Of a stretch of 64,000 nucleotides of DNA, positions 50,866-64,000 are shown in pieces (position 1 is the first letter of the stretch; each line of letters starts with the position of its first letter). The translations under genes were made by a program, and so were the position numbers. Origin of the DNA: Eledone cirrhosa (lineage: Eukaryota); the NCBI GenBank assembly GCA_964016885.1, contig OZ024766.1:434001-498000 (forward strand). The letters are read 5' to 3'. A model generated the notes under the pieces. It was given only the letters and a program-made list of their open reading frames with translations, was not told where the DNA came from and did no database searches.

Positions 50866-52413
50866 ATGGAAGACGTTAAACCCTTGGACATTTCTACCAA
50901 TATAGATAGAGTTACACAGACATACAGTGGGGAGAAACCTTTACCTAGTGAAACATGTACTGAACAAGGATCATTACATAGAAATATTCCTGAATATAGC
51001 TGTGGGGTTTGTAGGAAAACTTTCTCATCAGAAGATGATTTATCTACACACAAACACAAACACTGTGAGACATGTGGGAAATCTTTTGTCTGCAACCTTG
51101 ATTTATGTAGACACAAAAGAACACACAGAGGAGAGAAACCCTTTGACTCTGAAACATGTGGGAAATCTTTCACTGAGAAATCCAATCTTGTTAGACACAT
51201 ACATAGCCACACTGGGGAAAAACCCTATAACTGTGAAATATGTGGGAAACCTTTCACTCAGAAATGCAATCTTGTTAACCACATAAGAACACACACTGGA
51301 GAAAAACCTTTCAATTGTGAAATATGTGGGAAACCTTTCACTCAGAAATGCCATCTTCTTAACCACAAAAGTAGACACACTGGAGAGAAACCCTTCCATT
51401 GTGAAATATGTGGGAAATCTTTTGTGTTTAACAGCAATTTATCGAGACACATAAGAACACACACTGGAGAGAAACCTTTCAATTGTGAAATATGTGGGAA
51501 ACGTTTCACTCAGAAATGCCATCTTGTTAACCACAAAAGTAGACACACTGGAGAGAAACCCTTCCATTGTGAAATATGTGGGAAATCTTTTGTGTTTAAC
51601 AGCAATTTATCGAGACACATAAGAACACACACTGGAGAGAAACCTTTCAATTGTGAAATATGTGGGAAACGTTTCACTCAGAAATGCCATCTTGTTAACC
51701 ACAAAAGTAGACACACTGGAGAGAAACCCTTCCATTGTGAAATATGTGGGAAATGTTTTGTCCATAGCTCTAATTTGACTACACACAAAAGTACACACAC
51801 TGGGGAGAAACCCTTCCATTGTGAAATATGTGGGAAATGTTTTGTTAGGAGGACCCCTTTAACTATACACAAAAAGACACACACTGGAGAGAAACCATTC
51901 CATTGTGAAATATGTGGGAAATCTTTTGTCCATAGCTCTATTTTAACTGCACACAAAAGAACACACACTGGAGAGAAACCCTTCCATTGTGAAATATGTG
52001 GGAAATGTTTTGTTAAGAGCAGTCATTTAACTACACATAAACGAACACACACTGGAGAAAAACCCTTCCACTGTGAAATATGTGGGAAGTCTTTTCGCCA
52101 CAGCTCTAGTTTGCCTACACACAAAAGTACACACACTGGAGAGAAACCCTTCCATTGTGAAATATGTGGGAAATATTTTGTTAAGAGCAGTCATTTAACT
52201 ACACATAAACGAACACACACTGGAGAAAAACCCTTCCACTGTGAAATATGTGGGAAATCTTTTCCCCAAAGCTCTAGTTTGTCTGCACACAAAAGTACAC
52301 ACGCTGCAGAGAAACCCTTCCATTGTGAAATATGTGGGAAATATTTCAATTGGAAATCCCATCTTGTTAGACACATATGTAGCCACACTGGGGAAAAAAT
52401 CCTTCCATTGTGA
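50866..52413 (+). CDS. C2H2 zinc-finger gene 11, 515 aa, about 16 fingers
   Basis: MEDVK ATG at 50866; internal 168-bp two-finger repeats; ends by a +1 frameshift in an A run at about 52395, with one more finger in another frame to 52483. Confidence 0.92.
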   Translation: MEDVKPLDISTNIDRVTQTYSGEKPLPSETCTEQGSLHRNIPEYSCGVCRKTFSSEDDLSTHKHKHCETCGKSFVCNLDLCRHKRTHRGEKPFDSETCGKSFTEKSNLVRHIHSHTGEKPYNCEICGKPFTQKCNLVNHIRTHTGEKPFNCEICGKPFTQKCHLLNHKSRHTGEKPFHCEICGKSFVFNSNLSRHIRTHTGEKPFNCEICGKRFTQKCHLVNHKSRHTGEKPFHCEICGKSFVFNSNLSRHIRTHTGEKPFNCEICGKRFTQKCHLVNHKSRHTGEKPFHCEICGKCFVHSSNLTTHKSTHTGEKPFHCEICGKCFVRRTPLTIHKKTHTGEKPFHCEICGKSFVHSSILTAHKRTHTGEKPFHCEICGKCFVKSSHLTTHKRTHTGEKPFHCEICGKSFRHSSSLPTHKSTHTGEKPFHCEICGKYFVKSSHLTTHKRTHTGEKPFHCEICGKSFPQSSSLSAHKSTHAAEKPFHCEICGKYFNWKSHLVRHICSHTGEKILPL

Positions 52414-53700
52414 AATATGTGGGAAATCTTTTCGTGAGAGTTGGATACTTAATAATCACATACGTATTCACACTGGGGAATAACCCTTCCACAATGAAAC
52501 ATGTACTGAACAAGAATTATTAGATAGAAATATTTCTGAATATAGCTGTCAGATTTGTAGTAAAACATTCTCATCAGAAGATGAAGTATCTACACACAAA
52601 CTCATACATATTAAAGACAAACCTTATCACTGAAATATGTGGGAAATCTTTCACTCAGAATTACAGCCACATATGATGTCACACTGGGGAAAAAGCCGTA
52701 TCATTGTGCAGTATGTGATACACCTTTTATTAAAAGCAGTGATTTAACAGTACATAAAAGGACACACTGGAAAAAAAACCTTTCCATTGTAAAATATGTG
52801 GGAAATGTTTTGGCTGTAGTTCTCATTTAATTTTTCACAAAAGTACACACACTGGAGAGAATCAATATCACTATATAATAAGTCTTTCATTAGTAAATCT
52901 AATCTTCTTGACAATATACATAGTGACACTGGAGAAAAACACTTCTGTTGTGAAATGTGTGAGTTGCAGGGATTTATATAAACATAAATAAACACACTGG
53001 GAATAAACAACATCAATGAAATTTAATACATTGAAATTCTCATCTTGTTGGAGACATACGTAGTAACACTGGAGAAAAACTCTGTCACTGTGAAATGTGT
53101 GAGTAATGTTTTGAAAACAGGAGTTTAAATGTTCACAAAAGAATAAACACTTCAATTGTGAAATATGTGAGAAATATTTTGTCAGGTGCAGTGATTTAAA
53201 TAAGAACAAACAACATCACTGTGAAATATGTGGTAATATGTTCACTTGAAATTCTCATTTTGTTTGCCACAATGAAATGTGTGGGTAATCTTTTATGAAA
53301 AACAATCATTTGAAGACAAAAAAATACAACACATACTGCAGAATAATCATCACTGTTAAAAATGTCAAAATCACTGTTTTTGAAAGAACACACTGGAGAA
53401 AACCAATATTATTTTTAAATATATTGGAAAGGTTTTGGTACAAATGTGAGAAATCTTTTACAGATAGTTTGGTACTTAATAAACATATATGTCTTCAGAC
53501 TGGAGGAAAGAAACTTCCAGTGTGAAACATGTTGGGACATCTTTTATTCAGAATTCTACTCATGTTGGCCACAGAGTCAGACTCTAGAAAAAGGACCTTT
53601 CCCAGTGAAACATGTGGGAAATATTTTGTGACTAACAGAAACTTAGACAGAAACACACACACTGGTGATAAAACTATTTAACTGTGAACCCTGAGATACC
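52414..53700 (+). pseudogene. Decayed tail of gene 11
   Basis: Second leader relic at 52484-52633; matches the tails of gene 9 and gene 6. Confidence 0.8.
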
Positions 53701-54712
53701 CTTCCTTTTACCAGTCTAAACTTATTGTCCACCAACCTCAAGAATGTAACCATAACACTTCTACAGACTCCATTTCTTAAATATGTTTTTAACTGGAATC
53801 AAAATCCTTTCCATGTCTAACTTTTGTCTTCCTAAATTCATTTTTAATGATATAATTGCAAAATTATTTTTCTTTTTTTTCCTTTGTTTGCAATAGCTAA
53901 AATTCCCTGTTGTGATGTGTAATTGAGGGACCCTCTATCACCTAGATTAATTAAAGTTATAATTAAGATAGCAGGTACGTTGTATCGTTGAAAATGTTTC
54001 TCTTCCCGGTTTGTGACCGGTGTCATATGTTAAAAGTCCGTAATATAATTAATATGTGTGTGTGTATACGTCTGTATATATATATATATTATGTGTGTGT
54101 GTGTGTATACGTGCATATATATATATATATATATATATACGTATCCTATGCTTTGATTAGGATAGGTCAATATTTAATTAGGCATGAATTAGGATATATA
54201 CAATAGATAATTTAAGGCTTTTAAAATATTGATGGCCGTGAGAGAGATTTCTTATAAGTTAAAAATGCTTGTACATATTTATCGATAAAACTTTATTTCA
54301 TAAACACATTACAAATCGTTTGCAATTCTTTCAGAATGAAAATATAAACAGACCATATAAATAAATTTACAGTAGAATAACATAACGAATATGTTTTAAA
54401 TATATACATAAATAACATTACAAATGCTTAGATAACATTTTAAATAGCTCGCGATTCTTTCAGAAAGATATATTCCTTTTATGTTACAATATTAAAGAAA
54501 ATGTAAAGGAAGGGGTGAACAACGGAGCCAACACCAGAGCAACAGACAGCAACGAGGGTCACTGAGCAACCTCTCTAATGGTTTTTGAGGCAAGCCAGCA
54601 CACGGGCGGCGTTACCTTGTGAATGAGTTATCTTCCCTTTTACTACGTTGTCAGTAAAAAATTATTTTTGATTAGCTTGAAAAAACATAAAATATGAAAT
54701 ATGGATTAATAA

Positions 54713-54893
54713 ATAATTGTTTCTACTTTTGGCACAAGGCCAGCAATTATCCAAATGTATTACTGGTACTTTATTTTATCGACAGCTTAAGGATAAAAGG
54801 CAAAGTTAACCTCGGCGGGATTTGAACTCAGATCATAAAGGGCCATAACTCTTTGCTGCAAAGCATGGCGTCCGAGCTTCTACCGATACTGAC
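54713..54893 (-). mobile_element. SINE family B
   Basis: Same body as 28458-28651. Confidence 0.85.
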
Positions 54894-55684
54894 ATCATGA
54901 TTAATAGTTTAATAATACATAGACTATCATTAAAAGGAAACTATATATATATCAGAATAATTAAATACAGAAGTAAATATAACCATTCATTAAGTGAAAT
55001 AAAATTATAGAGAGTAAATATAACCACAGTTGGATTCTAAGAAATAAATGAAAATTAAATAATCACAAAGTGGTATTTCTAAATTAATTTGGATAATAAA
55101 TGAACAAAATATATTATATGTATTGATGGGGATATATCCATGGTATTATATTTTAATACGGCTTTAAATATTAATTCTTTTAAAGTTGTAGTAAAATATT
55201 AATAGAATATCTTACCTTAAAATTAAAAATTATAATAATCTTGAATGAGCTAAATTAAATTATATAAATTTATAATTAACTTAAATATTTGATTGCTATA
55301 GAAAGTAAGCTATGCCTACTAATCTGGATATAATATAAACGTATAATTAGTTAAAGCGTAATCCAATACAAGCGATATTCATTGATATATGTGAATACAT
55401 TTTTGATTTCTTAATTTATCTAGCATTTGAATACAACGGTTTTTTATTCTCCCCTCTATTTCATATTTTCCTTTTCCTTTTTTCTCCCCACATCTTCCCT
55501 TTATTTGTTTATTTCCTGCCTTTTCCTCTTCTTTGCACCCCCCTTCTATATTTCTACAGTTGAGCTTAACTCAAATTGCTAAGTCTGGAAGAGATGACAA
55601 AGGGACGCATCTAGTGGAGAGATGCCGTGCTAAGAAGGACCCGTCCAACCCATGCAAGCATAGAATAGTAGATGTAATGATGAT

Positions 55685-55922
55685 ACACAAAATATACACT
55701 ATATATATAAATATGTATATAGTGTATGTGCTACATATACACTATATATGTATATAGTGTAAGTGCTACATATACACTATATATACATATAAATACTATG
55801 TATATAGTGTACGTGCTACATATACACAATATATATATATACTGCATATATATAGAGTATATGCTACATATAGACAATATATAAACTATATATATATATA
55901 CTAAATACACATTATATATAAT
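55685..55922. repeat. Low-complexity TA/CA-rich repeat
   Basis: Recurrent TGCTACATATACAC/TATATAGTGTA. Confidence 0.8.
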
Positions 55923-56899
55923 GTTGTCCAAGGGAATAGCTGAAACAGCTTGGCACCAATGACATCATAGATCATCATTTAATGTCTACTTTCCTGCTAG
56001 CAAGGGTGGGATAGGTCTTCACAAACCAGGGGGCAGTGGGAGACCACATTCTACTGAGTGTATTTTATTGTGGCACCCGTACTAAAGAGGTTGTCATGTC
56101 TTTGACATAACTGAAGGGTCCTACCAAACCTTTATTTTATCATGAGAATCTTGTAATGTATTTTCAGATGAATTATTTCTAAAAAAAAAGGTCATAATTT
56201 GAACTGTCATGAAAGTACCATCCAACAAATATTAAAGTTATAAAATTGTTTTTACTTACACATAAATGTCATAAATATAAATAAAAACAGTTAAGGTTTA
56301 TAAAATAAACCCATATAAACACATCAATGTTTTGCTTTTTTTTTTTTTAATGATGTAGTTGTAAGGGTGCCACTATGGGCATTTGAAGCTTGGTGGAGCC
56401 CTTCACTCACCAGGTTAGAATAGGTGATTTCTTCCAGAGAGGAAGTGAGAAAGAAATATAGAGCAGATGAACAGACTCCTGTGGTAGACTGGTACTTTTT
56501 TTTTTTTTATCAACCTTGAATGGATGAAAGGCAAAGTTGACCTCAGCAGGATTTAAAGTCAGAGCAGAGAACCAGAACAAATATGGTACAAAGAATTCCA
56601 TCCATTGTTTTATAAACTTTAAATAAATGTTTCTACTTTTAAATCAACCCCAATGCATTACTGGTATTTTTTTAAACCCAGAACATAAAGGGCTGTAACT
56701 ATATCTCTATAAGAAACCTTAATGACAAATATGAAGTAGAGCTTTCTACAGGGTGTGTTTGTGGATTACAATACAAATCCTCTGAGAATAATTTCCAACA
56801 TATTTCACCATAATAAATGTTCATTAATATATATTGTTATTTTGTGGCCTTCTTGTGGTAATCTTCGATATATGGCAGTATATTTCTTGGTGATAGAAG

Positions 56900-57246
56900 C
56901 TGACCTTGCCCGTTTGCACCTCTCAAATACAATGACACAGGACCGTGACCTCTGACGTCACTCAGTAATACAGAAGACCCAACTTCACACGGGTACAAGG
57001 TGAAGCTGAAGCATATACACAATATCTCCCCATCCCCACTCACTGCAAAGTGGTCATGGAGGTATCACGACAAGTATGCACTCAGCCCACACTGTAAAGT
57101 AATCGTGTAGGCTCCATGGTTAAAAAAGCACCCAGCACTCACTGTAAATGAGGTTTTGTGTTAGGAAGGGCATCCAGCTGTAGAAATCAACCCAGAATCA
57201 GTTCCCGTATGAGCAAGAATGGACGTAAAACGGTGATGATGATGAT
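56900..57246 (+). mobile_element. Retroposon fragment with family A-type tail
   Basis: Related to 14622-15010; (GAT)n end. Confidence 0.65.
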
Positions 57247-57344
57247 AAGTATAAGATAAGGATTTTTCAAGCTTCACATTTTATATTCGTCCTTCCAGAG
57301 TGTGTCTGTATACTTGTGTGTTTCACATTTCACAGTGATGGGGT

Positions 57345-59424
57345 TTATGGCAAGTGTTGACTACGTCGGTGAACAACCAGTGACGAATTCTGAGAGAAAG
57401 ATTTCCCACATATTTCACATGAATAAGGTTTTTCTCCTGTGTGTATTCTTTTGTGATATACAAGATGAGAACCTTGAGAAAAGGTTTTCCCACACATTTC
57501 ACACGAATAAAGTTTTTCTCCTGTGTGTATTCTTTTGTGATATACAAGAGAAGAACCTTGACAAAAAGATTTCCCACATATTTCACAAGAATAAGGTTTT
57601 TCTCCTGTGTGTATTCTTTTGTGATCTACAAGATGAGAACTATGAGAAAAAGATTTCCCACATATTTCACATGAATAAGGTTTTTCTCCTGTGTGTATTC
57701 TTTTGTGATCTACAAGATGAGAACTATGAGAAAAAGATTTCCCACATATTTCACATGAATAAGGTTTTTCTCCTGTGTGTATTCTTTTGTGATATACAAG
57801 AGAAGAACCTTGAGAAAAAGATTTCCCACATATTTCACATGAATAAGGTTTTTCTCCTGTGTGTATTCTTTTGTGATATACAAGAGAAGAACCTTGAGAA
57901 AAAGATTTCCCACATATTTCACATGAATAAGGTTTTTCTCCTGTGTGTATCCTTTTGTGATATACAAGATTAGAACTCTGATAAAAAGATTTCCCACATA
58001 TTTCACACGAATGAGGTTTTTCTTCTGTGTGTATTCTTTTGTGATCTACAAGATTAGAACTTCGAGAAAAAGATTTCCCACATATTTCACACGAATAAGG
58101 TTTTTCTCCTGTGTGTATTCTTTTGTGAGGTACAAGAGAAGAACCTTGAGAAAAAGATTTCCCACATATTTCACACAAATAAGGTTTTTCTCCTGTGTGT
58201 ATTCTTTTGTGTTTTACAAAGTGAGCAACACGTGAAAATGATTTCCCACATATTTCACAATGGAAGGGTTTTTCCCCAGTGTGTGTTCTTTTGTGATATT
58301 CAAGATGAGAACCTTGAGAAAAAGATTTCCCACATATTTCACACGAATAAGGCTTTTCTCCTGTGTGTATTCTTTTGTGATCTACAAGATTAGAACTTTG
58401 AGAAAAAGATTTTCCACATATTTCACACGAATAAGGTTTTTCTCCTGTGTGTATTCTTTTGTGTTTTACAAGATGGGTCTCCTGAGTGAATGATTTCCCA
58501 CATATTTCACATGAATAAGGTTTTTCTCCTGTGTGTATTCTTTTGTGTTTTACAAGATGGGTCTCCTGAGTGAATGATTTCCCACATATTTCACATGAAT
58601 AAGGTTTTTCTCCTGTGTGTATTCTTTTGTGATATACAAGAGAAGAACCTTGAGAAAAAGATTTCCCACATATTTCACATGAATAAGGTTTTTCTCCTGT
58701 GTGTATTCTTTTGTGATGTACAAGAGAAGAACCTTGAGAAAAAGATTTCCCACATATTTCACACGAATAAGGTTTTTCTCCAGTGTGTATTCTTTTGTGT
58801 TTTACAAAGTTAGCAACATCTGAAAAAGATTTCCCACATATTTCACAATGGAAGGGTTTTTCTTCAGTGTGTGTTCTTTTGTGATATACAAGATAAGAAC
58901 CATGAGAAAAAGATTTCCCACATATTTTACATGAATAAGGTTTTTCTCCTGTGTGTATTGTTTTGTGATATACAAGAGAAGAACCTTGAGAAAAAGATTT
59001 CCCACATATTTCACATGAATAAGGTTTTTCTCCTGTGTGTATTTTTTTGTGACGTACAAGACTAGAACCTTGAGAAAAAGATTTCCCACATATTTCACAC
59101 GAATAAGGTTTTTCTCCTGTGTGTATTCTTTTGTGTTTTACAAGATGAGAACTATGAGAAAAAGATTTCCCACATATTTCACAGTGGTCGGATTTTTCCC
59201 CAGTGTGTATTAATATGTGCCTTGTTAAACTACTGCTACAGGCAAATGATTTCCCACATATTTCACAATCAAACGGTTTTGCTCCTGTGTGTCTGTGCAT
59301 GACAAGATGAGAATTATGTAGAAAATCTTTCCCACATATTCTGCAGTCGAACGATCGAATACAAGGTTGTAATGTAGCCTTCAGATGGCACAAGTAATAA
59401 AACGTATGACAGCGTAAAACTGAT
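57345..59424 (-). CDS. C2H2 zinc-finger gene 12, about 23 fingers; start not identified
   Basis: Open frame of 699 codons from a TTG; acceptor-like TTTTTCTTCTTCCAAG before 59424; first in-frame ATG only at 59300. Confidence 0.85.
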
Positions 59425-59765
59425 CTTGGAAGAAGAAAAATCAAATGTTAATAATATATATATATATAGGTGATTATTGTGGAATATTCCACTATTATTT
59501 TTGTTAAGGTGAGAGAAGCTCTATTCACAATAACATCCTCAGCTCATAAAACAAACGAATAAGTCTTCGTAATTTAAGGTTCTTGTTATTGACGACAGTT
59601 CAGGTGACAAGAGAATTAATATACATAATTTGAAAAGATGAAGGTTAATATATATACATATATACACAGACATACAGTGTGTACGTATGAGAGAGAGAAA
59701 TAGACGTGTGTGTAGAAATATGTGTAAGTGTTGTAATAAATTAAGATATTTCACTTCAGATAGAA

Positions 59766-60135
59766 AAGTTCACAATGTTTGTGTTGTGATGGAAAAGGAA
59801 ATAATACGAACTTTAGTTTTCAAGACCAAATATAAAGTCAAGAAAAGTTAGTAAAAACTAAATGTTCACTGATTTCTGATTAAAATAATATTTTCCTGTC
59901 CTGTAAAATGTTGAACAACAACTTCAATATTTAATAATACAGGTGATAAAACAACAACTATAAGGTAAATAAGTCACCGTATGTTATTTACAAACATTAA
60001 CGTCCACCTTAATATGAAATAATCACCATAAAAGATAAAATTAGATGAGGTTTAAGTTGTAACAATGGAGCAGATATAAATGGTAATATTTCACTGTCTA
60101 GTTGACACCGGTGTCATGACTTAAAAGTCCCCTAT
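59766..60135 (-). promoter_or_regulatory. Diverged homolog of the conserved upstream element and its distal motif
   Basis: Colinear matches (AAATAATACG, TAAAGTCAAGAAA, CTGTCCTGTAAAATGT, TATGTTAT, GACACCGGTGTCAT, TAAAAGTCCC). Confidence 0.75.
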
Positions 60136-62384
60136 ATAATTTAATACATTCAGAAACAACTTCCGTTATGTTAATTCATACGTTCAATCAATATGCTAGT
60201 AATTTATTCAGATTTGTATAAATAACATTATTAATTTTACATAACTGTTCAAATTAAAACAAAACACATTATTAAAGGTAATAAAACATTTAAAAAATGG
60301 AAATGAAAAGAAGAAAAACAAAAACATGAGAGGCCTGTGGAATGATGTGTCTTGCTTAAGGACACAATGTACCTCCCTGGAATGTTAGCAAATAAATAAA
60401 TGGATGAATATACAAAAAAGAAAACAGGGCGTTGTTCCCAGCGGGAAGACCCAGAGTTCAGCACGCACACATGCGAGCATGTTAGCAGTTTCTCATAGAA
60501 CCTTGTGGCTAAAGGTGAGCCTCGCAATCGTGAAAACGTGTTATTGTCACTGATGATGGAGTTGGCTTCCTCTTGTTAATGGTAGTGATAATTGTTGGTG
60601 CTACCTATATCAGCTGTCAAGCTGGCTGCTGTATCAGCTTCTGTGAGTGACGCTCCAATGGCCTTCTTCACCAAAGATGCAGGTCAATAGCTTTTGGCAT
60701 CGTTTGGCAACACAATGGCAAATAAATATATTCTTTTTTTTTTTTTCTTTCTTTCTAATCCGATTCAATATCATCAATTGGAAAGACCAATGGAAACATT
60801 GTTTCCTTGGTCCAATCTGATGAGTTCCACTCCACTTGGTAAGTAAGAACTAAGATGTTGAGATTTATTACAAAAAAAAGATCACTAAAATCACTGGGTT
60901 TGTATGTATCTGTTGTGGTGAGGTGTGGTGTGTGTGTGTGTGTGTGCAGGGTGATGTGTTGTTGTGTGTGTGTAGTGTAAAGAGGAAATTTTACACACCT
61001 AGGACCTAGAAGGGGTGTGAGGACTCTACCCCCTACAACCCTCTCAGAAATAAATGCGTGAAGAAAAAGAGAAGAAAGTTGTAAAGTATTTTCAAATGTG
61101 AATTATTTTTTAAAAAGTCAAAATTTTAACTGTCATGAAAGTACCATCCAACAAATATTAAAGTTATGCAATTGTTTTTATTTACACATGTGGATATTTT
61201 GTCATAAATATAAATATAAACCAGTTAAGGTTTACAAAATAAACACATATAAATACATCAATGTTTTTTATTTTTTAAATGATGTAGTCGTAAGGGTGTC
61301 ACTGTGGACATTTGAAGCTTGGTGGAACCCTTCACTCTCCAGGTCTGAACAGTTGATTTCTTCCAGAGAAGGAGAGAGAATAAGAGGGAGGAAGTGAGAT
61401 AGAAATATAGAGGAAGAACAGACCCCAGTGATAGACTGGTATTGTTTTTTATCAACCTTGAATGGACGAAAGAAAGTTGACCTCAGCATGATTTAAACTC
61501 AGAGAGCAGAGGACCAGGATAAATATGGCAGAAAGCATTATATCTATTGTTTTATAGACTTTAAATAAATGTTTCTACTTTTGATTCAAGGCCACCAATT
61601 AAATCAGGCCCAGTGCATTACTTTTACTGTTTTTTATCAACCTTGAATGGATGAAAGTCAAAGTTGACCATGGCATGTTTTAAAGCAGAACATCAAGGAC
61701 TGTAACTTTATGACACAAAGCATATCGTAATGACACTCTACTTATTCTACTAATCCACCAGCCTCAACAATGAAATGAGATTGTGTCTCTGTAAGAGCCC
61801 TTAATGACAAATAATATGAAGGGGTATTTTCTACAGGGTGTATTTTTTAATTACAATACAAAACCTCTGAGAATGATTTCCAACATATTTCACCATAATA
61901 AATGTTCATCAATATATATTAATATTATTATTATTTTCTGCTAGCATGTGTAGTGTGCATATTGATATTATACACAGGTATATATATATACATGTAGATA
62001 TGATACATCAAATAAAATCGTAATTGACAATATATAATACACAGGAATTGAACGAAGACTGTGTTACAGTGTCTTATTTAATCAGTAACATAATCCATGA
62101 TACATTAAAAAAGACGATATTATACATAAACTGCATTAGGAGGAAATTAGCGATGGAAATATATGAATGTTTATTTAAGCGATGGCCAACCGAAAGTATT
62201 GACATTTCATAAATTTTAAAGAAGTGAATCTTTAAAGAAACAAAATATATTTAATCAACAGCCACGAAATTTAGTAGATAAATTATTTATTCAAAGTAAT
62301 GCAACTTATTTTACTAATGGGATAAAAAATTATAAACCGTATGCAGTCCCGCGATCCTTACTTTATTATAGTTTAGATTTATTA

Positions 62385-62612
62385 GGTCAGGTGGATTGGC
62401 CAGAACAATTCTACTCTTCTTTTTTAGATGTCACGATCTTCCATGGCATTCCTGAGATCATTAATCTCCAACTGCACATCCTTAGACATCTGATCTATGC
62501 AAGTCAATCTCAGTCATCGCACTTGGGTCTTACAATGTTTAGGTATCCACAACAATAGCCAGCTCATCCTACCCTCAGTAGCAATGTCCAGCATATCTTG
62601 TCCTCCACTCCC
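62385..62612 (-). mobile_element. Decayed RTE-like LINE 3' fragment
   Basis: RTRYAGHC...LLWIPKH...IDQM...DLRNAMEDR with stops. Confidence 0.6.
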
Positions 62613-62882
62613 TAGTTATTGTGGTAATCTTTGATATATGTCAGTATATTTCTTCCCTTTGAGTAATGTATTAAAAAATAAAAATAATAAAATATATATA
62701 CACACACACACACACATCTATGTTGAGATGTATAAGATTTCTCAAGCTTCATATTTTATATTCTGCCTTCCAAAGTGTGGCTATATATTTGTGTTTTTCA
62801 TATTTCACAGTGATGGGGTTTACTGCAACTGTTGACTACGTAGGTGAACAAACATTGACGAATTCTCGTTGAAAGATTTACC

Positions 62883-63830
<948 letters not shown>

Positions 63831-64000
63831 TTAATAATATATATATATATAGGTGATTATTGTGGAATATTCCACTATTATTTTTGTTAAGGTGAGAGAA
63901 GCTCTATTCACAATAACATCCTCAGCTCATAAAACAAACGAATAAGTCTTCGTAATTTAAGGTTCTTGTTATTGACGACAGTTCAGGTGACAAGAGAATT

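Noticed and set aside
52385-52413. Programmed frameshift at GGGGAAAAAA in gene 11
   Set aside because: Paralog gene 9 has one fewer base and is in frame; a homopolymer indel or sequencing error is simpler.

Overview
AT-rich animal genomic DNA holding a tandem cluster of C2H2 (Kruppel-type, TGEKP-linker) zinc-finger genes. There are 13 finger ORFs (one runs off the left edge, one has a premature TAG), plus decayed finger relics. They are interspersed with tRNA-derived SINEs, RTE-type LINE fragments, a Penelope-like element, MITEs and microsatellites. This gene and repeat complement resembles the octopus/cephalopod ZNF clusters; the taxon is inferred, not shown. Ten genes share a cassette: a nearly invariant ~290-bp non-coding element, then a short leader MEDVKPLDIS..GEKPLPSETC with no KRAB/SCAN/BTB recognisable, then a fast-evolving finger array; several continue into decayed fingers, a 90-bp minisatellite and a shared 3' module. 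The cluster grew by direct duplication and by two head-to-head inverted duplications, each with a retroelement fragment in its spacer. Main signals: the non-coding element is better conserved than the coding leader; paralog differences concentrate at DNA-contact positions; hammerhead-like motifs are present; and one duplication is circularly permuted. All alignments, counts and identities were done by eye and are approximate.
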